Assembly (NCBI GenBank): GCA_026982475.1
Contig: JALSHB010000112.1
Coordinates: 1-63,171 of the forward strand
DNA: 63,171 nucleotides
Direction: 5' to 3'
From: Chromatiales bacterium
GTDB taxonomy: Bacteria; Pseudomonadota; Gammaproteobacteria; SZUA-152
The notes under the pieces were generated by a model. The model ran no database searches. It worked only from the letters and a program-made list of their open reading frames with translations, and had not been told where the DNA came from. Made by a program: the position numbers and the translations under genes. Positions within the stretch are counted from its first letter, which is position 1; every line of letters begins with the position of its first letter. Positions 51,570 to 60,662 of this stretch are shown in pieces.

Positions 51570-52520
51570 GTGATGAATATCTGGAGCCCAGCCGTGGCCA
51601 GTTGGCAGGCTGACTGGCTGCCACGGCTGGCGGTTCTGGCGCAGAACCGGCGTCTGGCGGCGTTGGTAACGCTGGCGCTGGTGCTGCTGCTTGCGCAGGC
51701 GCTGGCCAGCTTGACCTGGACCTTGTTGCCGGTGGCCGAGGAGGGTGTGGGCGTGACCATCCCGACCGGGGCCGCGCCGGCGCCAGTGGCCCGCCCGGCA
51801 TCGGCCAGGGCATCCGCCCTCGCCATCGAGCGCCTGCACCTGTTCGGCGAGGCGCAAAAGGCCGCACCCAAGCCGGTGGCCAGGGTGGTGGATGCCCCGG
51901 ATACCCGCCTCAACCTGAAGTTGCGTGGCGTGATGGCGTCGAGCAATCCCGCCATTGCGCGCGCCATCATCGCCGACGGCAAGGGGCGGGAAGACGCCTA
52001 TGCGGTGGACGACCAGCTGCCGGGCAATGCCGTGCTGAAGGAGATTCACGCCGACCGCATCATCCTGGAATACCGCGGGCGGCTGGAAACCCTGCGCCTG
52101 CCCAAAGAGGCGGACACCCTGGCGAATGGCGTGGGGGGCAAGCGCGCCGCCACCGGTGGCCGCCGCCCGGTGACCTCCATCTCCGCCAGTACCGCGGATA
52201 CCGGCGCCTTGCTGCGCCAGTACCGCGATGCCCTGATGACCGACCCGCAGAGCGTGATGGATCTGGTGCGCGCCGAGCCGGTGCGTGACCGCGCCACCGG
52301 CAAGCTCAAGGGATATCGCATCCGTCCGGGCCGCGACCGCCAGCTGCTGTCGCGCTTCGGCCTGCGCGCCGGCGACGTGGTGACGTCCATCAACGGCATC
52401 ACCATGGACAACCCGCTGAAGGCCCTGGAGCTGATGCGCGATGTTTCCAGCCTGTCGCAGATCAGCCTGGAAGTGGAGCGCAATGGCGCCCCGCAGAGCT
52501 TTTCATTTCAAATCGAGTAA
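51570..52520 (+). CDS. gspC: Type II secretion system protein GspC
   Basis: It has an N-terminal TM segment, an HR domain (LNLKLRGVMAS...AVLKEIHADRIILEYRGRLETLRL) and a C-terminal PDZ (GYRIRPGRDRQLLSRFGLRAGDVVTSINGITMDN). Confidence 0.82.
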   Translation: MMNIWSPAVASWQADWLPRLAVLAQNRRLAALVTLALVLLLAQALASLTWTLLPVAEEGVGVTIPTGAAPAPVARPASARASALAIERLHLFGEAQKAAPKPVARVVDAPDTRLNLKLRGVMASSNPAIARAIIADGKGREDAYAVDDQLPGNAVLKEIHADRIILEYRGRLETLRLPKEADTLANGVGGKRAATGGRRPVTSISASTADTGALLRQYRDALMTDPQSVMDLVRAEPVRDRATGKLKGYRIRPGRDRQLLSRFGLRAGDVVTSINGITMDNPLKALELMRDVSSLSQISLEVERNGAPQSFSFQIE

Positions 52521-52541
52521 CACGGACTACAATGGCCGCAT

Positions 52542-54632
52542 GTGGCCGAGGGACAAACTGTAACCATGATTTTGCACCGACATTGCCGGGCCCGCCGCCA
52601 GCGGAGATGGAATCCGATCGCGGCGCTTGCAGTCGTGCTGCTGTGCAGCCTGCTGGCCCTGCCCGCGCTGGCCGCGAAGCAGCGCAACATGCTCAATTTC
52701 AAGGGCGCCGACATCAATGCGGTGATCAGCGCGGTGGCCGATGTCACGGGCAGAAACTTCATCGTCGATCCGCGCGTCAAGGGCAAGGTCACCTTGATCT
52801 CCAACAAGCCCATGAGCGAGAAGGAGATCTACCAGGTCTTCCTCTCCATCCTCGAGGTGCATGGCTATTCCGCCATTCCCAGCGGTGAGGCCATCAAGAT
52901 CGTCCCCGATGCCGACGCCAAGCACAGCGGCATGCCCACCGCCAGCAAGCGGCACCCGGGCAAGGGCGACGAGTCCGTGACCCGCGTGGTGCAGATCGAG
53001 CACGTCACCGCCGCCCAACTGGTGCCCATCCTGCGCCCCCTGGTGCCGCCGCAGGGACATCTGGCGGCCTATCCGCCCAGCAACGTGCTGATCATCTCCG
53101 ACCGCGCCGCCAACATTGCGCGGCTGGTGAAGATCATCCAGCGCATCGACCAGCCCAGCAGCGGCGAGATCGAATACATCCAGCTGGAGCACGCGGTGGC
53201 GGCGGACCTGGTGCGGGTGCTGAATTCCCTGCAGCAGCAAAGCGCAAAGCAGAACCCCAAGGCCAGCCGCCCCATGCTGGTGGCGGATGAACGCACCAAC
53301 AGCATCCTGATCGGTGGCGACCGTACCACCCGCCTGCAGCTGCGCGCCATCATCTCCCACCTCGACACTCCCTCGGAGACCAGTGGCGACACCCATGTGG
53401 TCTATCTGCGCTACGCCAAGGCCAAGGATCTGGCGACGGTGCTCACCGGCGTCGGCAAGGCGAAGAAAAAGGAGGGCAAGACCAAGGTGCCGGCCTCCGT
53501 GCGCAATCAGCCCTTCGACATCCAGGCCGACGAAAGCACCAATGCCCTGGTGATCACCGCCACGCCGGCGGTGTACCGTTCACTGGCCTCGGTGATCCGC
53601 CAGCTCGACATCCGCCGCGCGCAGGTGCTGGTGGAGGCGGTGATCGCCGAGATTTCCTCGGATCGCTCCGCCGAGCTGGGTGTGCAATGGTTGCTCGATG
53701 GCTCCGGTGGCAACATGCCCGTCGGCGCCATCAATTTCGGCGGCAGCGGCACCAGCATTTCCAGCCTTGCCGGCGCCGCGCTGGCGGCCTCCGGCAATCC
53801 CCTTGCCGCCGTCGGCGCCATCGGCACCGGCATGACGGTAGGCGGTGGTCGCTTCGACAGTGGCACCTTCAACTTCGCCGCCCTGGTGCGCGCCCTGGAA
53901 GGCGACGGCGCCACCAACATCCTCTCCACGCCGAACCTGGTGACCATGGACAACGAAGAGGCGGAGATCTTCGTCGGACAGGAGCTGTCCATTCCCACCG
54001 GCTCCTATGTCAATACCGGCGGCGTTTCCGGCGCGGTGAATCCCTTCACCACCCTCGAGCGCAAGCAGGTGGGCATCCGCCTCAAGGTCAAGCCGCAGAT
54101 CAACGAGGGCAACGCCATACGCCTCGACATCGAACAGAAGGTCGACGGCATTGCCGCGGGCTCCGCGGGCCAGGGCGACGTGGTGACCAACGAGCGCACC
54201 ATCACCACCAGCGTGCTGGTCGACGACGGCGCGGCGCTGGTGCTGGGCGGGCTGATCGAGGACCGGGTGGTGGAAAACGAACAGAAGGTGCCGGGCCTCG
54301 GTGACATTCCCCTGCTCGGCGCGCTGTTCCGCTACAAGTCGGTGCAGAAGGTGAAGATCAATCTGATGGTGTTCATGCGCCCGACCATCCTGCGCACCCG
54401 GGAAGACAACCTCAACCTGACGCGCAACAAATACAGTTATATCCGTGGCCGCCAGCTGGACCTGATCGACGAGGGTGTCGGCCTGCTGTCCGGCGAGAAG
54501 CATCCCATCCTGCCCTCCACGCATGACTATCTGGACATCCCCGCGCCCTTCGAGGATGCGGCCCCGGAGGATGGAAAGGCCGCGGACGACAAGGGTGCAA
54601 CGGAAAACAGCCAGCCAGAGGGCGGGCAGTAA
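52542..54632 (+). CDS. gspD: Type II secretion system secretin GspD
   Basis: It has a signal peptide, N0-N3 domains (LNFKGADINAVISAVADVTGRNFIVDPRVKGKVTL) and a secretin core (VLVDDGAALVLGGLIED...VPGLGDIPLLGALFR). ATG 52566 is an alternative start. Confidence 0.92.
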   Translation: MAEGQTVTMILHRHCRARRQRRWNPIAALAVVLLCSLLALPALAAKQRNMLNFKGADINAVISAVADVTGRNFIVDPRVKGKVTLISNKPMSEKEIYQVFLSILEVHGYSAIPSGEAIKIVPDADAKHSGMPTASKRHPGKGDESVTRVVQIEHVTAAQLVPILRPLVPPQGHLAAYPPSNVLIISDRAANIARLVKIIQRIDQPSSGEIEYIQLEHAVAADLVRVLNSLQQQSAKQNPKASRPMLVADERTNSILIGGDRTTRLQLRAIISHLDTPSETSGDTHVVYLRYAKAKDLATVLTGVGKAKKKEGKTKVPASVRNQPFDIQADESTNALVITATPAVYRSLASVIRQLDIRRAQVLVEAVIAEISSDRSAELGVQWLLDGSGGNMPVGAINFGGSGTSISSLAGAALAASGNPLAAVGAIGTGMTVGGGRFDSGTFNFAALVRALEGDGATNILSTPNLVTMDNEEAEIFVGQELSIPTGSYVNTGGVSGAVNPFTTLERKQVGIRLKVKPQINEGNAIRLDIEQKVDGIAAGSAGQGDVVTNERTITTSVLVDDGAALVLGGLIEDRVVENEQKVPGLGDIPLLGALFRYKSVQKVKINLMVFMRPTILRTREDNLNLTRNKYSYIRGRQLDLIDEGVGLLSGEKHPILPSTHDYLDIPAPFEDAAPEDGKAADDKGATENSQPEGGQ

Positions 54633-54635
54633 ACC

Positions 54636-56171
54636 ATGGCGGAAATGCTGGATACCTCGCCCGCCGAGGAGCAGCCCGGCGCGGAAATGGACGCGGTCAA
54701 CGACGCCCTGGGCCTGCCCTTCGCCTTCGCCAAGCGCAACGGGGTGATGGTGAGCGAGGCGCACGCCGACCATGCCGTGGTGCTGGCGCGCCCCGGCGTC
54801 AGCACCGTGACCCTCGCCGAGGTGCGGCGCTTCCTCGACAGGCCCGTGCGTATCAAGCAGATCGACATCGATGAGTTCGATGCCCGCCTGCAGCAATCCT
54901 ACGAGCAGCACTCCGGCCAGGCCATGCAGATGATGGACGACCTCGACGAGGAGGCCGACCTGTTTCAGGTGGCACAGGATCTGCCCGAGCCGGAAGACCT
55001 GCTGGAGAGCGAGGACGACGCGCCCATCATCCGTCTCATCAACGCCCTGCTCACCCAGGCCATCAAGGAAGAGGCCTCGGACATCCACATCGAGCCCTAC
55101 GAGACCCGTCTGGTGGTGCGCTTCCGCGTCGATGGCGTGCTGCGCGAGGTGCTCACCCCGCGGCGCGTGCTGGCGCCGCTGCTGGTGTCGCGAATCAAGG
55201 TCATGTCGAAGCTGGACATCGCCGAAAAGCGCCTGCCGCAGGACGGCCGCATCTCCCTGCGCGTGGCCGGCCGCGCGGTGGACGTGCGCGTCTCCACCAT
55301 TCCCACCGGCCAGGGCGAGCGGGTGGTGATGCGCCTGCTCGACAAGCAGGCCGGCAGGCTCAATCTGTCCCACCTGGGCATGGACGAAAGGACACGCCAG
55401 GTGATGGATCACATCATCCACCGCCCGCACGGCATACTTCTGGTTACGGGGCCGACCGGCTCCGGCAAGACCACCACCCTGTATGCGGCGCTGACCCAGC
55501 TCAACGACAACAAGCGCAACATCATGACCGTCGAGGACCCGGTGGAATACGACCTCGAGGGCGTCAGCCAGACCAACGTCAACATGAAGGTGGACATGAC
55601 CTTCGCGCGCGGCCTGCGCGCCATCCTGCGCCAGGACCCGGACGTGGTGATGATCGGCGAGATCCGCGATCTGGAAACGGCGGAGATCGCCGTGCAGTCG
55701 TCGCTCACCGGTCATCTGGTGTTGTCGACCCTGCACACCAACAGCGCCGTCGGCGCCGTCACCCGCCTGCGTGACATGGGCGTGGAGCCCTTCCTGCTGT
55801 CGTCCACCCTGCTCGGCGTGCTGGCGCAGCGTCTGGTACGCCTGCTGTGCAATGAATGCAAGACGCCCTACACCGCCGGCCCGGTGGACTGTGAACGCTT
55901 CGGCTTCGACGCCGACAAGCCGCCGACCTTCTACAAGGCCAACGGCTGCAAGCACTGCAACTTTCTCGGCTATCGTGGTCGTAGTGGCATCTATGAACTG
56001 GTGGAGATCGACGACACCCTGCGCGGCATGATCCACGACGGCGCCAGTGAACTCGACATCGAAAGCCATGCGCGCAAATCCAGTCCCGGCATCCGGGAAG
56101 ATGGTCTGCGGCGCATCCTGAGTGGTGAGACGTCGGTGGAAGAAGTGCTGCGCGTGACGCAGGAAGACTGA
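54636..56171 (+). CDS. gspE: Type II secretion system ATPase GspE
   Basis: 511 aa with Walker [11 protein letters not shown]. The tetracysteine motif is CNECK...CKHC. Confidence 0.93.
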   Translation: MAEMLDTSPAEEQPGAEMDAVNDALGLPFAFAKRNGVMVSEAHADHAVVLARPGVSTVTLAEVRRFLDRPVRIKQIDIDEFDARLQQSYEQHSGQAMQMMDDLDEEADLFQVAQDLPEPEDLLESEDDAPIIRLINALLTQAIKEEASDIHIEPYETRLVVRFRVDGVLREVLTPRRVLAPLLVSRIKVMSKLDIAEKRLPQDGRISLRVAGRAVDVRVSTIPTGQGERVVMRLLDKQAGRLNLSHLGMDERTRQVMDHIIHRPHGILLVTGPTGSGKTTTLYAALTQLNDNKRNIMTVEDPVEYDLEGVSQTNVNMKVDMTFARGLRAILRQDPDVVMIGEIRDLETAEIAVQSSLTGHLVLSTLHTNSAVGAVTRLRDMGVEPFLLSSTLLGVLAQRLVRLLCNECKTPYTAGPVDCERFGFDADKPPTFYKANGCKHCNFLGYRGRSGIYELVEIDDTLRGMIHDGASELDIESHARKSSPGIREDGLRRILSGETSVEEVLRVTQED

Positions 56172-56181
56172 GTAAAAGACC

Positions 56182-56297
56182 GTGTTGAGTGTTGAGTTTT
56201 TCGTGTTTAGTTGTCGGGCGCCGCGATGGTGTAGTGTCGCCCCGTGCCAGTTGGTGCTTGCCTTTCACTCAACATTCAACACGCAATACTCAACACT
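56182..56297. repeat. Palindromic GTGTTGAGTGTTGAGT element within the gspE-gspF spacer
   Basis: GTGTTGAGTGTTGAGT (56182-56197) pairs with ACTCAACATTCAACAC (56267-56282) at 15 of 16 positions. A third partial copy, ACTCAACACT, is at 56288-56297. A related GAGTGTTGAGT...CAACACT hairpin lies at 17528-17556. Confidence 0.75.
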
Positions 56298-56308
56298 GGC
56301 TTCCCCCC

Positions 56309-57520
56309 ATGGCCGCCTTTGAATACACCGCGCTCGACGCCCGCGGCCGCGAACGCAAGGGCGTGCTGGAAGGCGATGCCGCGCGCCAGGTGCGCCAGCA
56401 GCTGCGCGAGCAGGGCCTCACGCCGCTCTCCGTGGAGGCCGTGCGCGTGCGCGAGGCGCGCAGCCGCAAGGCCCTGTTTCAGCGCGGCATCAGTCCCACC
56501 GACCTGGCCCTGATCACCCGCCAGTGGGCGACCCTGGTGCGCTCCGGCCTGCCGGTGGACGAGGCGCTGCTGACGGTCTCCAAACAGACCGAAAAGGCGC
56601 GCCTGAAGAGCATGATGGCGGCGGTGCGCTCGCGGGTGCTGGAGGGCCATACCCTGGCCGTGGCGCTGGGCGATTTCCCGCATGTCTTTTCCGACCTGTT
56701 CCGCGCCACGGTGGCGGCGGGCGAGCAGTCCGGCCATCTCGACGTGGTGCTGGAGCGCCTGGCGGACTACACCGAGGCGCGCCAGCAACTGTCACAGAAG
56801 ATGATGCTGGCGCTGATCTATCCCACCCTGCTGACCCTGGTGGCGATCGCCGTGGTGATCCTGCTGCTGACCTTCGTCGTGCCGCAGGTGGTGCAGGTGT
56901 TCGACAACATCGACCAGGAACTGCCGCCGCTGACCCGCGGCCTGATCGCCAGCAGCGAGTTTCTGCAGAGCTACGGCCTCGCCATCCTGATGCTGCTGGT
57001 GGTGCTGGGGGTGGGCTTTGCCTATCTGCTGCGCATCCACGCCTTCAAGCGCGGCTTTCATCGCCTGCTGCTGAAGACGCCGCTGATCTCACGCCTGGTG
57101 CGCGGCATGGACACGGCCCGCTTTGCGCGCACCTTCAGCATCCTGGTGGCCAGCGGCGTGCCGGTGCTGGAGGGCATGCGCATCTCCGCCACGGTGATGA
57201 GCAACCTGCCCATGCGCGAGGCGGTGGAAGACGCCGCGCGGCGCGTGCGCGAAGGCACCGGCATCCACGCGGCGCTGGAGTCCTGTGGTTATTTTCCGCC
57301 CATGACCGTGCATCTCATCGCCAGCGGCGAGTCCAGCGGCAACCTGGAAGAGATGCTGGAGCGCGCCGCCAGCGGCCAGGAGCGGGAAATGGAAACCCTC
57401 ATCTCCGGCCTCATGGGCCTGTTCGAGCCCATCCTCATCCTCGCCATGGGCGGCATCGTGCTGGTCATCGTGCTGGCCATCCTGCTGCCCATCTTCGACC
57501 TCAACCAGCTGGTGCAGTGA
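56309..57520 (+). CDS. gspF: Type II secretion system inner-membrane platform protein GspF
   Basis: The 403-aa product from ATG 56309 begins MAAFEYTALDARGRERKGVLEGDAARQVRQQLREQGLTPLSVE. It has two T2SSF repeats. Confidence 0.92.
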   Translation: MAAFEYTALDARGRERKGVLEGDAARQVRQQLREQGLTPLSVEAVRVREARSRKALFQRGISPTDLALITRQWATLVRSGLPVDEALLTVSKQTEKARLKSMMAAVRSRVLEGHTLAVALGDFPHVFSDLFRATVAAGEQSGHLDVVLERLADYTEARQQLSQKMMLALIYPTLLTLVAIAVVILLLTFVVPQVVQVFDNIDQELPPLTRGLIASSEFLQSYGLAILMLLVVLGVGFAYLLRIHAFKRGFHRLLLKTPLISRLVRGMDTARFARTFSILVASGVPVLEGMRISATVMSNLPMREAVEDAARRVREGTGIHAALESCGYFPPMTVHLIASGESSGNLEEMLERAASGQEREMETLISGLMGLFEPILILAMGGIVLVIVLAILLPIFDLNQLVQ

Positions 57521-58064
57521 TCGGGGCAATCGCAGGAGCACCTGCAGGCGCGATCGGGCACCTATTCAAGCCCGGTCATCGCGCCTGAAGGCGCTTACGG
57601 TTGCCCGGATGGTTGCCGGTGGGCAGTGCCTACCCGGCGCCGAAAAAAGTCCGCGAATGAACGCTAATGCACGCAAATGGAAAAACGCTTTTATTGGCGT
57701 TGATTTGCGTTCATTGGCGGACCTCTTTCTTTAGGGCACCTCTAATAATTGCTTGCGGCCTCTGGCTTTCAGGCTGGGCCGCAATCAAGGCGCAACTTCG
57801 AAGGCATGCTGGTGGCCTGTCGAGAAGTTGCACCAACAGTAGGCGCTTTAGGCGACGCAGAGTGCGGTTCAGCCTGAAAGCCCCGAAGGGCGCGGCCTGG
57901 CAAGCACTATCGCCGCGTTGCTTTGCTTGGAAAGGGCAACCAGCCTTGCCTGCGCAAAGCGCCATGCGATAGTGCTTGTCAGGTTGCGCAGAGGGCACAA
58001 TCAATTATTAGAGGTGCCCTTTAGTTTTTTCTCCGAGCCTCTGTGTCTCTGTGGTGAAAATCCC
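57521..58064. repeat. Repeat-dense non-coding block downstream of gspF
   Basis: An imperfect inverted pair GTCCGCGAATGAACGCTAATGCACGC / GCGTTGATTTGCGTTCATTGGCGGAC lies at 57649-57723. The MITE-like element is at 57734-58019, and a TCTCTGTGGTGAA-type unit is at 58026-58061. Confidence 0.75.
57734..58019. mobile_element. MITE-like non-autonomous element (19-bp terminal inverted repeats, no coding capacity)
   Basis: AGGGCACCTCTAATAATTG (57733-57751) is the exact reverse complement of 58002-58020. TTTA flanks both ends (57730-57733 and 58020-58023). The interior is packed with hairpins. Confidence 0.55.
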
Positions 58065-58868
58065 CTAGCCGGCCCGCCCCGTCCTGGCCTTTTCGTACAG
58101 TGGCATCATCCGCGGAATCAGCGCCTTCAGCGTCTGCATGCGGTTCTTCGGCGCCGGGTGGGTGCTGAGGAATTCCGGCACGCCGGCGCCGCCCAGTCCG
58201 GCCATTTTCTGCCACAGGGTCACCGCGGCGTGTGGGTCATAGCCGGCGCGGGCCGCCAGCTCGATGCCGATGCGGTCGGCTTCGGCCTCGGAGGTGCGGC
58301 TGTTGGGCAGTTCGATGGCCAGCTTGGCGGCCAGTGCGGCGGCGGCCAGGGTGGTGTCGCGGTGTTTGTCCACGGCGGCGCCGACGGCGGCGAGGCCGAG
58401 GGAGGTGGCCATGGCGACGGACATGCGTTCCGCGCTGTGATTGGCCAGCGCATGGGCGATTTCGTGGGCCATGACCTGGGCCAGTTCATCGTCGCTGGGG
58501 TGCAGTTTTTCGATCAGGCCGGTGTAGATGGCCATCTTGCCGCCGGCCATGCACCAGGCGTTGACGGTCTGGGGTTCGTCGACCACCTTGACCTGCCAGT
58601 CCCAGGCGCGGGTGTCCGGGCGCATCTTGGCGGCCTCGCCGATGAGCCGGTCGGTGATGCCCTGCACGCGACGCTGCAAGGCCGGGTCGGTGTTCAGTTT
58701 GCCGGCCTCGGCGAATTCCTTCATGGTGGACAGATAGGCGGTTCTGGAGGCGGCGATGGCGGTGTCTTCCGAGACCAGCATCAGCTGGTGACGGCCGGTG
58801 GGCGAGGTGGCGCAGGCCAGCAGCAGGCTGGTCAGCAGCAGGGTTGTGAGAAGACGGGCGTGTGGCAT
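58065..58868 (-). CDS. M48 family zinc metallopeptidase lipoprotein (YcaL/LoiP-like)
   Basis: 267 aa with lipobox LLLAC and the HEIAHALANH zinc motif. Confidence 0.85.
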   Translation of the reverse strand: MPHARLLTTLLLTSLLLACATSPTGRHQLMLVSEDTAIAASRTAYLSTMKEFAEAGKLNTDPALQRRVQGITDRLIGEAAKMRPDTRAWDWQVKVVDEPQTVNAWCMAGGKMAIYTGLIEKLHPSDDELAQVMAHEIAHALANHSAERMSVAMATSLGLAAVGAAVDKHRDTTLAAAALAAKLAIELPNSRTSEAEADRIGIELAARAGYDPHAAVTLWQKMAGLGGAGVPEFLSTHPAPKNRMQTLKALIPRMMPLYEKARTGRAG

Positions 58869-58961
58869 GGCTTACCGGGTGGCGTGGGTGTGCGGCGCTA
58901 AGAATAGCAAGAATGGATATTAAGCCGAATCCGTGGGTTGGCGGGTGTATAATAGGCGCCC

Positions 58962-58991
58962 ATAAAAAAGCCCCGCATAAAGATGCGGGGC
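58962..58991 (-). terminator. Rho-independent terminator (minus-strand orientation)
   Basis: On the minus strand GCCCCGCAT-CTTT-ATGCGGGGC is a perfect 9-bp stem followed by TTTTTTAT. Confidence 0.8.
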
Positions 58992-59231
58992 CAAGAGGAG
59001 TGGTGGAGGGGATCCACCTTAGGGGGGGATATCACCACCGAGTCGTTCCGCGGGGGAGGCTCGGTGAGTGATAGCACCGATTCCGGAGGGAGGGAGGGGT
59101 ATTGATTCGTCGGAAGCAAGTGCGCCGTCGAATCAGTCTCAACTCCAGAATCTGAAAAGGATTTTACGGTTCAGAACCTTAACGCTTCCTGAAGATATGC
59201 AATAAATGCATGTTTATGTTTCGTTCAGGTT
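58992..59231. other. Structured untranslated region, candidate sRNA or long 3'UTR (GGA-rich on plus, CU-rich on minus)
   Basis: There are 10 GGA triplets between 58997 and 59161. Hairpins include GGTGG-AGGGGAT-CCACC, CACCGAG-17 nt-CTCGGTG and GATTCGTCGG-11 nt-CCGTCGAATC. No credible ORF is present. Confidence 0.3.
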
Positions 59232-60662
59232 TCAGGGTTCTTTGGCGATGGTCTGTGACGAAGGAAAGTCGATACTGACCGCCAGGCCGCCCAGCGCCGA
59301 TTTGCCCAGTGTCAGCGTGGCGCCATGGCCTTCGACGATGCGTTGCACGATGGACATGCCCAGGCCGCTGCCCGGCGCCTGGGCGGTACTGCTGCGGTAG
59401 AAGCGCTCCATGACCCTGGCATGCTCGTCGGCAGGGATGCCGGGGCCGCTGTCACTGACGGTCAGGCGGGTGTCTTTTTCGTCACAGTCGATCTTGATGC
59501 AGACGCTGCCCTTTTCGGGCGTGTAGCGAATGGCGTTGTCGATCAGGTTGCGCAGCATGATGTGGATGGCGTCCCGATTGCCGGTGATCTGCGCGTCGCC
59601 TTCGCTCTCCAGGGCCAGTTCGATGTGTTTTTTCCGGGCCATGTCGGCCTGCTCGGCGAGGCTCTCCTGGCAGACGTCGGCGAGTTTGAGGGGGCTGGTG
59701 TCCTGCAGGGCGTTTTCCGGGTCGAGCCGCGCCAGGGTGAGCAGCTGTTCCACCAGGTGGGTGGCGCGGTCGACGCCTTGAATGATGTGTCGCAGGGCAT
59801 GCTGGCGGGCCTCGTCGTCACTGGCGCCGAGGGCGACCTGTGCCTGGACCTTCAACGCCGCCAGCGGAGTGCGTAGCTCGTGGGCGGCGTCCGCGGTGAA
59901 GCGGCGTTCGTTGTCGAAGGCGTGCTGTAGCTGGCCGAACAGCTGGTTCAGGGACTCGACCAGGGGGCGGCTCTCGTCGGGGATGTCTTCCAGCGGCAGG
60001 GGTTTGAGCTGGCCGGGCTCGAGGTTGCGGACGTTTTCCGCCAGCCGCAGCAATGGGCGCATGGCGTGTGTGATGCCGTACCAGATGAGCAGGGCCAGGG
60101 CCGGCAGACTGAGCAGTACCGGCGTCAGCAGGCGGTTGCTGATGGCGCCGATCAGTTCGTCGCGGATTTCGAGGCTCTGCGCCACCAGTATGCGTATACC
60201 GCTGGGTTCGCCCGTGAGCGAAAACACGCGCCAGACATTGTCGTTGATGCGCTGATTGCTGAAACCGATCGCCTGGCTGGACAGGGGCTGGTGGGAAGGG
60301 GCGTTGGCGGAGTGCAGGGCGAGATGATCGTCGCTGGTCCAGACCTGGAAGGCGAGCTTGTCTTCGTATTCGTGGCCGGGCTTCCTGGCATCGACATAGG
60401 GAATCTCCACCGACTGGGTAAAGCCGTCGCCGCCGAGCATGCTTTGGTAGATCTGCTGTTCGGCCAGCTCATGTTCGCTCATGGCCAGCAGGACGCGCGC
60501 GGACTGGGCCAGATGGGCGTCAAACAGCTCCTCGATCTCATGGCGGGAATCGAGGTAGACCGCCAGCGCGGTGACCAGCCAGCTGAAGGCCACCACCGAT
60601 AGCAGGGTGATCAGCAGGCGGCGCCGAATGGACAGGGGATTGGCGCGGGCGGTGCGGGTCAC
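59232..60662 (-). CDS. Two-component sensor histidine kinase (QseC/PmrB-like)
   Basis: 476 aa with two TM segments and a periplasmic loop. It has a HAMP domain, H-box FTADAAHELRTPLAAL and the HATPase motifs DNAIRYT and DSGPGI. Confidence 0.88.
   Translation of the reverse strand: MTRTARANPLSIRRRLLITLLSVVAFSWLVTALAVYLDSRHEIEELFDAHLAQSARVLLAMSEHELAEQQIYQSMLGGDGFTQSVEIPYVDARKPGHEYEDKLAFQVWTSDDHLALHSANAPSHQPLSSQAIGFSNQRINDNVWRVFSLTGEPSGIRILVAQSLEIRDELIGAISNRLLTPVLLSLPALALLIWYGITHAMRPLLRLAENVRNLEPGQLKPLPLEDIPDESRPLVESLNQLFGQLQHAFDNERRFTADAAHELRTPLAALKVQAQVALGASDDEARQHALRHIIQGVDRATHLVEQLLTLARLDPENALQDTSPLKLADVCQESLAEQADMARKKHIELALESEGDAQITGNRDAIHIMLRNLIDNAIRYTPEKGSVCIKIDCDEKDTRLTVSDSGPGIPADEHARVMERFYRSSTAQAPGSGLGMSIVQRIVEGHGATLTLGKSALGGLAVSIDFPSSQTIAKEP

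Noticed and set aside
53580-56069. 829-aa minus-strand ORF across gspD/gspE
   Set aside because: It is antisense to clear secretin and ATPase genes, with a His/Gly/Ala/Val-rich composition and no domains.
57667-58004. 101-aa (+) and 97-aa (-) ORFs inside the MITE-like element; also considered a retron msr/msd or a group II intron fragment
   Set aside because: The ORFs are mutually antisense, lack an RBS and lack motifs. No reverse transcriptase or intron-encoded protein gene is nearby, and no intron domain V/VI-like sequence was recognisable.
58898-59119. 73-aa minus-strand ORF in the M48/kinase spacer
   Set aside because: It reads straight through a strong intrinsic terminator hairpin. It is Pro/Ser-rich and has no RBS.
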